DNA of 64,000 bases, from contig JBKHEL010000002.1 in NCBI GenBank assembly GCA_046540835.1, forward strand, positions 1,723-65,722, written 5' to 3'. The stretch comes from Opitutales bacterium. GTDB lineage: Bacteria; Verrucomicrobiota; Verrucomicrobiia; Opitutales; Coraliomargaritaceae. The notes under the pieces are model-generated. The model saw only the letters and a list, made by a program, of their open reading frames with translations. It ran no database searches and was not told the origin of the DNA. Shown in pieces: positions 30,508 to 39,657 of the stretch (the first letter of the stretch is position 1; the number at the start of each line of letters is the position of its first letter). Position numbers and translations under genes: made by a program.

Positions 30508-32466
30508 TCAGAAGTCGCTTCGCGAAACGCGAATATCCTCACCATTGACGATCACCCCGAGTTGACCGACGCGCAGGGTGCGATCGGTCACTCCGCTGCC
30601 TCTTAGGCTGATGATCTCCGGATGGGGCGCTCCTTCCGGAACCACGGTCATCACGACCAGGTGGTCGCCATCCTCTGAGAAGGAATTGATCCATTTCGCA
30701 TTACGGTAGCGCTCACCATTAAAAAAGAAGTCAGAGCCGCGATCCAAATCACCCTCGTCAAAACGAAAGTCGCGCGGATAGATAACCGTGGCGCGCAGGC
30801 TGCCGTTCGGGGCGGTAACGGTGAAGGTGTTGCCACTTGTGGAGATGTCGTTGAGCCCGTTGACTGCGACATATTGCCAAAAGTGACCATTCTCACTGGT
30901 ATCGGCGACGACGAATACCGCTTCGGCGCCTGATGCCGCACTGAAGTCGGTGAGCAGGCGCCTTGTGTGGTTTTTGACATTCAGATTGGTGGTTTCCATG
31001 TGTCCAACAAGAGCGCCTGAACCATTCTTGTTGAGGAGCGGCGTATCGGCCGTGGAGACAATCTCGCCTTGAAGCCGGTTGTCGACCTCACTGGGGCTCG
31101 TGTTGCCCGGATTTTCAACATACAGCGTGTTCTGAAGTCGATAGTATGGATTTCCCTTACTGTAGCGTCCCCCGCCGATTGCCAGAGGACCTCCCATGCC
31201 GTTGATACGAAAGCTCAAGCCGTCGGGGCCATCATGACCTCCGGGAGTGCGCCGCCGCAAATTGATCCCCAGGATCACGTCGTTTTCGTCCTGGTAGCGG
31301 TTGCGGAAGATGTTCCAGCCATTGCCGCGATGATCCTGAAAAAGAGCCTTCCACTGTGGAATCGTCATCGGATTCGCCAGATCCTCGTTTCCGGGATGAT
31401 AAAGGATAGAGTAAATGACTCCGGCTCGTTCATTGTCCCAGGTCTGATCACCATTCATCCCGCGCATACGATCATACATCCAGACCTGCCCGGGAATCAG
31501 CGATTCGGGTAAGAAGGCAAAGCCAAGACCGTAAGTCCCCTCACCGGCTGAGTGGTTATTATCATCGGTGAAGTCAAAATGCGATCCAATGATCCCGTCC
31601 GGAGCTGTTTCGATGGCGATGCTGCGATAGAGTGCGGTATGACCGGTTGCTGTCCACCAGGTGTTCGCCATGGCGGCATTTCCCATAAAGCGGTCTCCGC
31701 CTTCAACCAATCGCTCATAGGCCAGGGCAGCTGGCCCCACGGCCGCCATGGGGAAAGTCATGTAGCCGAGGCCTTCGTAGTTCCAGCCCGGACTCGGATG
31801 AGTGCCCAGGTTCGCATCGAGGTAGTCGCGCATTCGATCAATCGAGGCGGTGAGGTATTCGGCATCGTAGGGATCGTCTGTTGCCAGGTAACCGAGCACC
31901 GCAGAGGCGCCACGCAGGCCTTGCCAGTTGCTGGAGGCATTGGTGTTTTGCCGCGTGCCGCCCTCCAGGTGGATTACATCACTTTGTTGTTTCAGGGCGG
32001 CGGAGACAGTGGCATTGAACGAGGCGTCCCAGGCGTCGGAAGCGTAACAAAAGTCGTAGGCTTGGGCGACGTGCCTGTTCCACGTATACATGCGCAGGCC
32101 AAAGGTGAGCCGGTGTCCCCAGCGGTCCGGGTTATCCAGTACCGCCTGAGTGTAATCTCTGGCCTTTTCGGCCCAGCTTTCGTCGCCCGTCAGAATGTAT
32201 AAGAACCCGCAACTGCTGGCCCGCCAGGCGTCGTTGTAAGGTTTGAAGGGCATGACGTCTTTTTCAGCGTCAGCCAATAAGCGCGCATACATTGATTTCC
32301 ATGGTTCCTTACGGATCTTTTCCCGTAATTCAGGGATATCCGACTCGCTGAAAAGCAAACGCGGGTGCTCTGCCGCAGATAAAAGCGATAAAAGTGATTG
32401 GACGAGAATGCACAGAAGTGAGAGGGCAATCAGGGAGCGGCGGTTGGGCTTCAACGAGAAGGACAT
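30508..32466 (-). CDS. Exported heparinase II/III-like (alpha/alpha toroid + beta-sandwich) protein, putative polysaccharide lyase
   Basis: Signal peptide then HPRLLFS..DI.ELREKI; SNWQG; W.YEG.GY; GGHDGPDGLSF. Alternative start 32496. Confidence 0.6.
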   Translation of the reverse strand: MSFSLKPNRRSLIALSLLCILVQSLLSLLSAAEHPRLLFSESDIPELREKIRKEPWKSMYARLLADAEKDVMPFKPYNDAWRASSCGFLYILTGDESWAEKARDYTQAVLDNPDRWGHRLTFGLRMYTWNRHVAQAYDFCYASDAWDASFNATVSAALKQQSDVIHLEGGTRQNTNASSNWQGLRGASAVLGYLATDDPYDAEYLTASIDRMRDYLDANLGTHPSPGWNYEGLGYMTFPMAAVGPAALAYERLVEGGDRFMGNAAMANTWWTATGHTALYRSIAIETAPDGIIGSHFDFTDDNNHSAGEGTYGLGFAFLPESLIPGQVWMYDRMRGMNGDQTWDNERAGVIYSILYHPGNEDLANPMTIPQWKALFQDHRGNGWNIFRNRYQDENDVILGINLRRRTPGGHDGPDGLSFRINGMGGPLAIGGGRYSKGNPYYRLQNTLYVENPGNTSPSEVDNRLQGEIVSTADTPLLNKNGSGALVGHMETTNLNVKNHTRRLLTDFSAASGAEAVFVVADTSENGHFWQYVAVNGLNDISTSGNTFTVTAPNGSLRATVIYPRDFRFDEGDLDRGSDFFFNGERYRNAKWINSFSEDGDHLVVMTVVPEGAPHPEIISLRGSGVTDRTLRVGQLGVIVNGEDIRVSRSDF

Positions 32467-32520
32467 GAGTAGGGATAGATTGATCGGGTAACGCATAGAT
32501 CGGTGCGCGTTTCTCAAGAG

Positions 32521-33717
32521 TTATTTGCTGCCGGGGCCAGATCGTGTCAAGCTCGTGAGGATGCTTTCACGGTAAGCACCGGCGAGTGTGCTCCATCTCG
32601 GCAGTGTTTTGCGATCAGTTTTTTGCGGGGGAGCACCGCTCAATAATTGTCTCAGAGCGTCCTTCAAGTTGTCAATGTCAGTCGCCTGATCCTCTGTTGA
32701 GCCTTCATAGAAATAGGCTCCGGGGAGGCATTCCGGGTAAGCGAGGCGACGGGGGACGACAACTGTGGCACCAGCCTGAGCCAGCTCAAGAATGGCGAGT
32801 CCCTGGAAATCGTGCAGGGCGGAGGAGACGCCGATCCCGGCCTCGCGCATAAAGGCGGTGTAAGTTGCTTCGTCTGCTTCGCCCCAATGACGCACGCAGC
32901 GACCGAGCGCCTCGCGGTATTCCCGGAACTCCTCGGGATTGCGCCCTCCGCCGGAGCCGAGCATAGCCACTTCGAAGTCGATCCCTTCGGAGGCAAGTGC
33001 GGTGAGCCCTTTGAGAAAACGCTCCGGCTGTTTGTCCCATTCCCAGCGGTGGTTCCAGACGATGAGGCGGGGGTTTTTGGGTGCGCTGCACAAAGTTTCG
33101 AAGCGCTCTGTCAACGGAACCGGGAGCACTTCAGAGCGAACCTCCAAACGCTGGATTGGCTGATTGGGCAGGCGTTCGGGAAACTTTTTCAGGAGCTGAC
33201 GGGCACCGGCAAAGAAGCTGTCCCGGTTGAAGGCAGTGTTGAAATAAATGCGGTCTGCGCAAAGGGCGTTCTGGATACTCTGGAATTGCCAGCCCTTTTG
33301 GTGGCTGGCCCATTGGTGAGCGCCAATCGGGTGGGCAAACTGGTTTTCATGGAAGTAAAGCCAGAGCGGCGTGCCGTGGAGAGCCGGGCAGAGGGCTTTG
33401 AGGGTGACCACCTCACTCAGGCTGGTCGCGATCACCAGATCGTATTCCTCCGAAAGGTCGGGGTCCTCGGCCAGCGCCCAGAGCCAGCCAGAGGCGCGCA
33501 CCCGCCAGCTGAAGTGACGGGAGGGTTGCGTCTTCAGTGTCCAGTCAAACTCCGGGAGCGCGGCCATCAGGCCCTCGCACCAGTAGCGGTGACTGGCGGA
33601 GTGGTAGGCGCTGAGTAATAAAATTTTCGGGGATGCACTCGGTCGCTGGCACCTCCGTGTTCGCCCGGAACGTGAGGAGCTCAGTCCTGATTTGTTTTGA
33701 GCGGGCTCGGGCTTCAT
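32521..33717 (-). CDS. DUF3524/GTDC1-family GT-B glycosyltransferase
   Basis: KILLLSAYHSASHRYW, RHFSWR, YFHENQF, VWNHRWEWDKQPE.F, HDFQGLAILE, VVPRRLAYPE. Start uncertain (33717 or 33747). Confidence 0.85.
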   Translation of the reverse strand: MKPEPAQNKSGLSSSRSGRTRRCQRPSASPKILLLSAYHSASHRYWCEGLMAALPEFDWTLKTQPSRHFSWRVRASGWLWALAEDPDLSEEYDLVIATSLSEVVTLKALCPALHGTPLWLYFHENQFAHPIGAHQWASHQKGWQFQSIQNALCADRIYFNTAFNRDSFFAGARQLLKKFPERLPNQPIQRLEVRSEVLPVPLTERFETLCSAPKNPRLIVWNHRWEWDKQPERFLKGLTALASEGIDFEVAMLGSGGGRNPEEFREYREALGRCVRHWGEADEATYTAFMREAGIGVSSALHDFQGLAILELAQAGATVVVPRRLAYPECLPGAYFYEGSTEDQATDIDNLKDALRQLLSGAPPQKTDRKTLPRWSTLAGAYRESILTSLTRSGPGSK

Positions 33718-33787
33718 GGTATCCCCAGTTGAAGCCGAAGCGGACAAGGGGCAAGTTTATCCTTACCGCAGATTGCGACGAAGGTGC

Positions 33788-34807
33788 TTAGCCAAACAGC
33801 TGTCGCCGCAAGGCATTGACTACCGCCAGATCCCCCCAAGGCGCTCCGCGTGCCCGGTGCACTTTCACTGGAAACTGCCGCCCACAGCCCGACTGCCAGG
33901 CCCCGGTGTAGCCCCGCACGAACTCCGCCGTGCCCAGGACCGCCCCGTCCGTAAAATAGCGCACCCGGCAGCGCAGCACCGCCGCCAGTGGGAGTTCGCC
34001 TTTTTCCTCGTTGAGCACCCGCTCGGCGGTAGCCCGATCGATCACCTTGCCCCGGCAGGTCCAGGGTGACGAGCCCTTGCCAAAGATCAGACTCCGGTGA
34101 TCCGCCAGCGCTGCCTGCAGGCAGGCCGCATCACCCTCACGCGGCGAGCCATCCGCATAGCTCGACCAAATCCGCGCCAGCCCCCACTGTGCCAGCCGAT
34201 TTCCCGCCACCGCCTCTGCATAGCCGCACCAGCGGTAGTCCTTCGGGTCCTCGACCAGGCCCGCCCGCACCGGATTCAGGTCGATGTAAGCCGCCATCGT
34301 GTGCAGCGGATTGCCCGCGCCCTGCACCAGCACGCTCTTGAAACGCTCCATCCACAGCGTCCCCAGCCGCTTGTTGTGGTTGCGATTATACCAGATCGAG
34401 AAACGCTGTTTCAGCGTCTTCATAAACGCCGACAAGTCATGCATCCGCCGGAGCAAGCGGGCCCGCATCGCCAGCGCCTCCTCCGCGCCCGCCTGCAAGC
34501 CCGCTTCAAAGCGCTTGAACGAAGCCGTCTGATACTTCGTCGGTTTCGGGTAGAGCACGCGGAAGCGGCGCAACAGCTCCGCATCTGAGATGGCCCGATC
34601 CCGCTCCGGCACCCGGACCAGCACATGAAAGTGGTTATCCATGATGCAATAGGTCAGCACCTCCACACCCGAAAAGTCCGCCACCCGCCAGAGCATCTTT
34701 CGGAAAACCTCCTTCTCACGAGCACCCAAAAGCCGCTCACTTCCCACAACCCGACTCATCGCGTGATGAATACTTACTGAATCTGATGTTCGTAATCGTT
34801 TTCTCAT
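33788..34807 (-). mobile_element. REP-associated tyrosine transposase (RAYT, Y1 HUH family), long form
   Basis: HAMSRVVG, YCIMDNHFHVL (HUH), FMKTLKQRFSIWYN, GTLWMERFKSVLV, AAYIDLNPVRAGLV..PKDYRWCGY. Confidence 0.88.
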
Positions 34808-34931
34808 TTTAGGCGAGAAAACAAAAAGATCATTCCACGTCAATACGAAAAAATATTAGCAGGTTATAGATTTTTATATGGATCCAGGTCGCGGAGAAAG
34901 CTCAGAACAACCCCGCCTTCGTCAATCACCG

Positions 34932-34974
34932 TTCTAAATGAATAAGCCTCCCCCGGGGCTTATTCATTTGAGAA
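34932..34974. repeat. Long inverted repeat (candidate REP or bidirectional terminator) overlapping the prfC stop
   Basis: aaatgaataagcc-tcccccgg-ggcttattcattt (13-bp perfect arms, 34936-34969), extendable by ttct/agaa across a 1-nt bulge. Confidence 0.8.
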
Positions 34975-36564
34975 TTCGGGCGGGGTGGTGTGCAGTTTGA
35001 TGTCGCTGTGCTCGCGGTGGAAGTAGTCGAGGTTCCAGGTTGACTCGAAGAGGATGCAGGGGCGGTCGAGGTCGTCTTTGACGCGGGTGGCACCGGAGAG
35101 GTAGCCGCTGAGTGCGGGATGCTGAAGTGAGGCGGGGTCGATCCAGCGGGTGATGGTCCAGGGGGCTTTTTCCATGCGCGATGTCGCGCCGTATTCGGCT
35201 TCCAGGCGGTAGCGGACGACGTCGAACTGGAGTTGACCGACGGCACCGATCAAGGGGATGCGCTGGTCGGCGTGGAGCGGGTAGAAGCGCTGGATGACCT
35301 TTTCCTGGAGCAGTTGCTGGAGGCCTTTATTGAAGCGCTTGTAGGTTTTTGTATCGGTGTGGTGGAGATAGACAAAACACTCGGGGGCGAAGCGGGGGAT
35401 GGCGTTGTAGGTGATATCGTCTGTCTCGGTCAGGGTATCGCCGATTTCGAGATCGGCTTGTCCGGTGACGCCGAGGATGTCGCCGGGCCAGGCCTCGTCG
35501 CCTGTTTCTCGCTCGCGTCCGAAGACCTGGTGGGTGTGTGAGAGGCGAAGCGTTCTGCCGGTGCGGGCGAGGCGGACGCGCAGGTCGCGGTGGAAGCGCC
35601 CGGAGCAGATGCGCAGGAAGGCCAGGCGGTCGCGGTGGTTGGGGTCCATGTTGGCCTGGATCTTGAAGACGAAGGCGGAAAAGTCCGCGCGCCCGGGCTC
35701 GACGAGTTGGTCGCCCGCTTTTCGGGATTGTGGGGCGGCTGAATGTTGGAGCAGGCCGTCGAGCAGTAACTGGACGCCGAAGTTGTTGATTGCGCTGCCG
35801 AAAAACACGGGCGTCAGGGTCCCGTCCGCGACAGCTTCGTGGTCAAGGCAGCTGCCGGCAGCTTCGAGGAGTTCGTCGGTCTCAGCGAGTTGCTCGAGGA
35901 TACTTGAGGGGACGGCTTCGCGGACAGCGGGGTCGTCGAGCCCCCCGATCGAGACGGGAGCGCGGTAGCGCCCGCCGGTGACACGTTCGAAGCGGTGGAG
36001 CGCCCCGCGTTCGCGATCGAGGATACCGACAAAATCCGCACCATCGCCGATCGGCAGGTTGGCGGCGAAGGTCCGCAGTCCCAGGCGGGACTCGATTTCG
36101 TCGAGCAGTTCGAGGGGCTCTTTGCCCGGGCGGTCACATTTGTTGATAAAGGTGATGATAGGGATGCCCCGGTTCCGGCAGACCTCAAAGAGTTTGAGGG
36201 TCTGGTCTTCGATGCCCTTGGCTGCGTCGAGGACCATGATCGCGGAATCGACCGCCATGAGCACCCGGTAGGTGTCTTCGGAGAAGTCGCGGTGACCTGG
36301 CGTATCGAGAATATTGATGCAGTAGCCTTCGTAATCAAAGCGCATGACGGCTGAGGAGACCGAGATGCCGCGCTTTTTCTCCAGTTCGAGCCAGTCGGAA
36401 GAGGTATCCTGCGCGTTTTTACGGCTTCGCACGCCTCCGGCCTGTTCTTTGGCGCCGCCGTAGAGGAGTAACTTTTCGGTAAGTGTGGTCTTGCCCGCGT
36501 CCGGATGGGAGATGATGGCGAGGGTGCGCCGCCGGGCGCACTCCTGTTGTATTTGTTTTGTCAT
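34960..36564 (-). CDS. prfC: Peptide chain release factor 3
   Basis: RRTLAIISHPDAGKTTLTEKLLLYGGA, SDWLELEKKRGISV, DTPGHRDFSEDTYR, FKIQANMDPNHRDR, GAVGQLQFDV. Confidence 0.95.
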   Translation of the reverse strand: MTKQIQQECARRRTLAIISHPDAGKTTLTEKLLLYGGAKEQAGGVRSRKNAQDTSSDWLELEKKRGISVSSAVMRFDYEGYCINILDTPGHRDFSEDTYRVLMAVDSAIMVLDAAKGIEDQTLKLFEVCRNRGIPIITFINKCDRPGKEPLELLDEIESRLGLRTFAANLPIGDGADFVGILDRERGALHRFERVTGGRYRAPVSIGGLDDPAVREAVPSSILEQLAETDELLEAAGSCLDHEAVADGTLTPVFFGSAINNFGVQLLLDGLLQHSAAPQSRKAGDQLVEPGRADFSAFVFKIQANMDPNHRDRLAFLRICSGRFHRDLRVRLARTGRTLRLSHTHQVFGRERETGDEAWPGDILGVTGQADLEIGDTLTETDDITYNAIPRFAPECFVYLHHTDTKTYKRFNKGLQQLLQEKVIQRFYPLHADQRIPLIGAVGQLQFDVVRYRLEAEYGATSRMEKAPWTITRWIDPASLQHPALSGYLSGATRVKDDLDRPCILFESTWNLDYFHREHSDIKLHTTPPEFSNE

Positions 36565-36783
36565 TAGCGGCAGACTCGAAGTCATGCGCGGGATCAGCAA
36601 GCACTTTTAAGTCGCGATGGCAGCGTGCGGGGGGTGCAGAGAGATTCATTTGCCGCGGCCAGTTGGCTGATCGTCGAGTTCTTCGAATCTAATTCCTCGG
36701 TGAGGTGCTTCGGTTCACGACGTTTTGTTAAGGATTGGTTTAAACAAAAGCTTAGCAAAGTTGAGTTCCGGGAGTCTTGACGC

Positions 36784-36798
36784 TTGACCGCCGGTCAA
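36784..36798. promoter_or_regulatory. Perfect palindrome, candidate operator upstream of the sulP-usp gene
   Basis: TTGACCG-C-CGGTCAA, about 130 nt upstream of ATG 36926; contains a -35-like TTGACC. Confidence 0.45.
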
Positions 36799-36925
36799 TC
36801 TCCGCCCCTTATCCGCAGCTTTTTTGAACTCGGCACCTGAGGCTGGCTGACAAAGCAGCCGGTTCCTGCGATGGCCCGGTCCCACTACTATACCCGCTGC
36901 CATTTTGAGGGAGGCTTTAATACCC

Positions 36926-38113
36926 ATGACCAAAACCAAGTATTTTAACGAATGGTTCGGCAATTCGCGTCGGGACATCATTGCGGGTGCCGTGGTGGCG
37001 CTTGCGCTTATTCCGGAGGCGATCGCGTTCTCCATCATCGCGGGGGTTGCCCCGCAGGTCGGTCTCTATGCGTCCTTTTGCATGGCGATTTTGATTTTTA
37101 TGGCGCAGCTCCCTGAGTTTAGCGGTCAGGGGTGGATGATGTATGCCATGGTCGCGGCCGGTTTGGTGATCATTTACGGCTTTCCCCAGCTGACGACATC
37201 GGTTCCTTCGCCGCTTGTCTGCATCGTGGCGCTGACGGGTGTTTCCATGGTGTTCGGGCTGGACGGGCTCTTGACGATTGGGGACAAGGGCGAGCTGCCG
37301 ACCACGCTGCCGGTGTTTTTGCTGCCGGACATTCCTCTGAACTTTGAGACGCTGGCGATCATTCTGCCTTACTCGATTCCACTGGCCGTTGTGGGGCTTC
37401 TTGAGTCGCTGATGACCGCGACCATCGTGGACGATTTGACGGACACGCCAAGTGACAAGAACCGGGAGTGCTCCGGGCAGGGGATCGCGCAGAAACGCGG
37501 GCAGGCGATTCTGGATGATGCGGAGGCGCGCTTGCGCGAATCAGGCCTTGAGCGGATTCGCACGGAGCAGCGCCACGAGCGGTTGAGTGACTCCATCGCC
37601 GAATACGAAAAAGACGCCGATCTGATCATTTTGGGCAAGCGGGGGAACCACGCAGACTTCTCCAGAGGGCATCTGGGGAGTAATCTGGAGCGGGTGATCC
37701 GCATTTGCAAACATCCGGTGCTCGTGGCTTCGTCGGCGGTCTGGCCGATGGAGCGTTTCGTCCTCGCTTACGATAGTGGGCCGAGTGCTGAAAAGGCGGT
37801 CGATTATCTCGTCTCGCAACCGCTCTTGAAGGGGCTTGAGTGCCACTTGCTCTGTGTTGGCAAGAGCGGTTCGAAGCACGAACAATCCCTGCGCCGGGCC
37901 GAGCAAAAGTTGAGCGCAGCCGGCTATGAGGTCGAGGCGGATTTGCGCCCGGGTGATGCAGACGAAGTGATTGGCGAGGCGATCAACCGGGACGGTGCGG
38001 ATTTGCTGGTGATGGGTGCTTTCGGGCACTCGCGGATCCGGCAAATGATCGTGGGGAGCACGACGGCCGCGATGATTCGCGGGACGAAGCGGCCGGTTCT
38101 ACTTTTTCGCTAG
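36926..38113 (+). pseudogene. Internally deleted SulP-family anion transporter fused in frame to a 5'-truncated universal stress protein
   Basis: SulP motifs ([22 protein letters not shown]; [10 protein letters not shown]; [18 protein letters not shown]; ECSGQGIA) run directly into USP sequence (DLIILGKRG; [10 protein letters not shown]; [21 protein letters not shown]). Could be a real fusion or an assembly chimera. Confidence 0.7.
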
Positions 38114-38291
38114 CGTTCTGGGCCGACCCGGTCAGGCATGGTTTCTCTCGTTGGAGTATCGGGCGAAGCTGCTCAACTGTGAAGTGGCAAAGCTCGTTTT
38201 CGGCGAGTTGAAGTGTGGTTGCATGTGGAGCGGATCGGTCGCGGATCGGATTTTGTTGAAAAGATGTGCTTTGGCCACACTGTTTGAGGCG

Positions 38292-39641
38292 ATGGACACT
38301 TCGGAGACAAAAACTTCAGCCAGTATCGTCGAAGGTCCTGAATGGCTCGAGTTGCTTCGAGAGCAGCATCCTCACGACATCGCAGTCGAGTTGCGTGATC
38401 TTCCGATTAAGAAAATCCGGGCGGTGCTGCGGCAGCTACCGGATACACTGGTCTCGGAGGTCATCCTTGAACTGCCGCCGCACACGCAAGTGCTGCTGCT
38501 TGAATCCATGCGGGTCTCGCGGCTTTCCGGTATTCTCGAAGAGATGTTCAGTGATGATGTGGCGGATTTGCTGGGGCAGATTTCGACGGATCGGCTGGAG
38601 AAGATTATGGAGCAGTTGCCCCCCGGCGATGCCCGGGAGATCTCGGACCTCCTCAAATACGAGGAGGATACGGCGGGTGGCATCATGCAGACCGAGGTGA
38701 TCCATGTCCTCGAGGATCTGACGATTGCCGAGACCATCGAGCGGCTCCGGGGGATGGAGCATTTGACCGAGTCCGACGGCTATTTCTACGTCTACGTCAC
38801 TGATACGAGCGAGCGGTTGCGTGGCGTTTTGCGTATCCGGGACCTGCTCTTCAGCAGGCCGGAGCGCCAGGTGCGCGATATCATGATCCGCGAGGTGCGC
38901 GCGGTCTCCGTGCACGCTGACCAGGAGGAGATTGCGCGGATGTTCAAGCACTACGGGTTTTCGGTGGTGCCGGTCGTAGATGATTTTCAGCGGCTGCGCG
39001 GGTTGGTGACGAGTGATGACGTGATGGACGTCATGGAAGAAGAGGCGACAGAGGACATGCAGCGGATGATTGGTTTGTCCGGTGAGGAGAGCACGGCGAC
39101 GCCCTGGCAGGAGTCGGTGCGGAAGCGTTTGCCCTGGCTCTACGTGAATTTGGTCACTGCATTTTTGGCGGGTTCGGTGGTAGCGATTTTTGAGAGCACC
39201 ATTGCCCAGTATGCGGTGCTCGCGGTCTTTCTGCCGATCATTGCGGGGCAGGGGGGCAATGCCGGCACACAGGTGTTGACGATCGTCGTGCGGTCCCTGG
39301 CACTTGGGGATGTGCCTGACAAGGGGCAGCGGGCGATTCTGGTCAAGGAGTTGATTGTCGGGGTGCTCAACGGGCTGGCGATCGGCATCGTCGTGGGGCT
39401 CATTGCATTGCTCTGGAAGCAAAATATCGCGCTTGGCGTGGTTGTCTTTGTGGCGATGCTGCTCAATATGGTCGCGGCGGGTCTCGCCGGGGTGATCATA
39501 CCCTTCGGTTTGAAGACGCTGCGGATCGACCCCGCGCTGGCTTCGGCGATCATGCTCACGACGGTGACCGACGTGGTTGGATTTTTTCTTTTCCTCGGGT
39601 TTGCGGCCCTGGCTCTGGCGTTGTTTCCTCTGCCGCTTTGA
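38292..39641 (+). CDS. mgtE: Magnesium transporter MgtE
   Basis: N-domain, CBS pair (YEEDTAGGIM), RLPWLYVNL, GQGGNAGTQ, IDPALAS..LTTVTDVVG. Confidence 0.93.
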   Translation: MDTSETKTSASIVEGPEWLELLREQHPHDIAVELRDLPIKKIRAVLRQLPDTLVSEVILELPPHTQVLLLESMRVSRLSGILEEMFSDDVADLLGQISTDRLEKIMEQLPPGDAREISDLLKYEEDTAGGIMQTEVIHVLEDLTIAETIERLRGMEHLTESDGYFYVYVTDTSERLRGVLRIRDLLFSRPERQVRDIMIREVRAVSVHADQEEIARMFKHYGFSVVPVVDDFQRLRGLVTSDDVMDVMEEEATEDMQRMIGLSGEESTATPWQESVRKRLPWLYVNLVTAFLAGSVVAIFESTIAQYAVLAVFLPIIAGQGGNAGTQVLTIVVRSLALGDVPDKGQRAILVKELIVGVLNGLAIGIVVGLIALLWKQNIALGVVVFVAMLLNMVAAGLAGVIIPFGLKTLRIDPALASAIMLTTVTDVVGFFLFLGFAALALALFPLPL

Positions 39642-39657
39642 TTGAATCTTTTGAAGG

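Noticed and set aside
38114-38291. Mg2+ riboswitch or leader peptide before mgtE
   Set aside because: The region is short and shows no M-box-like structure or Pro-rich leader ORF that I could support.
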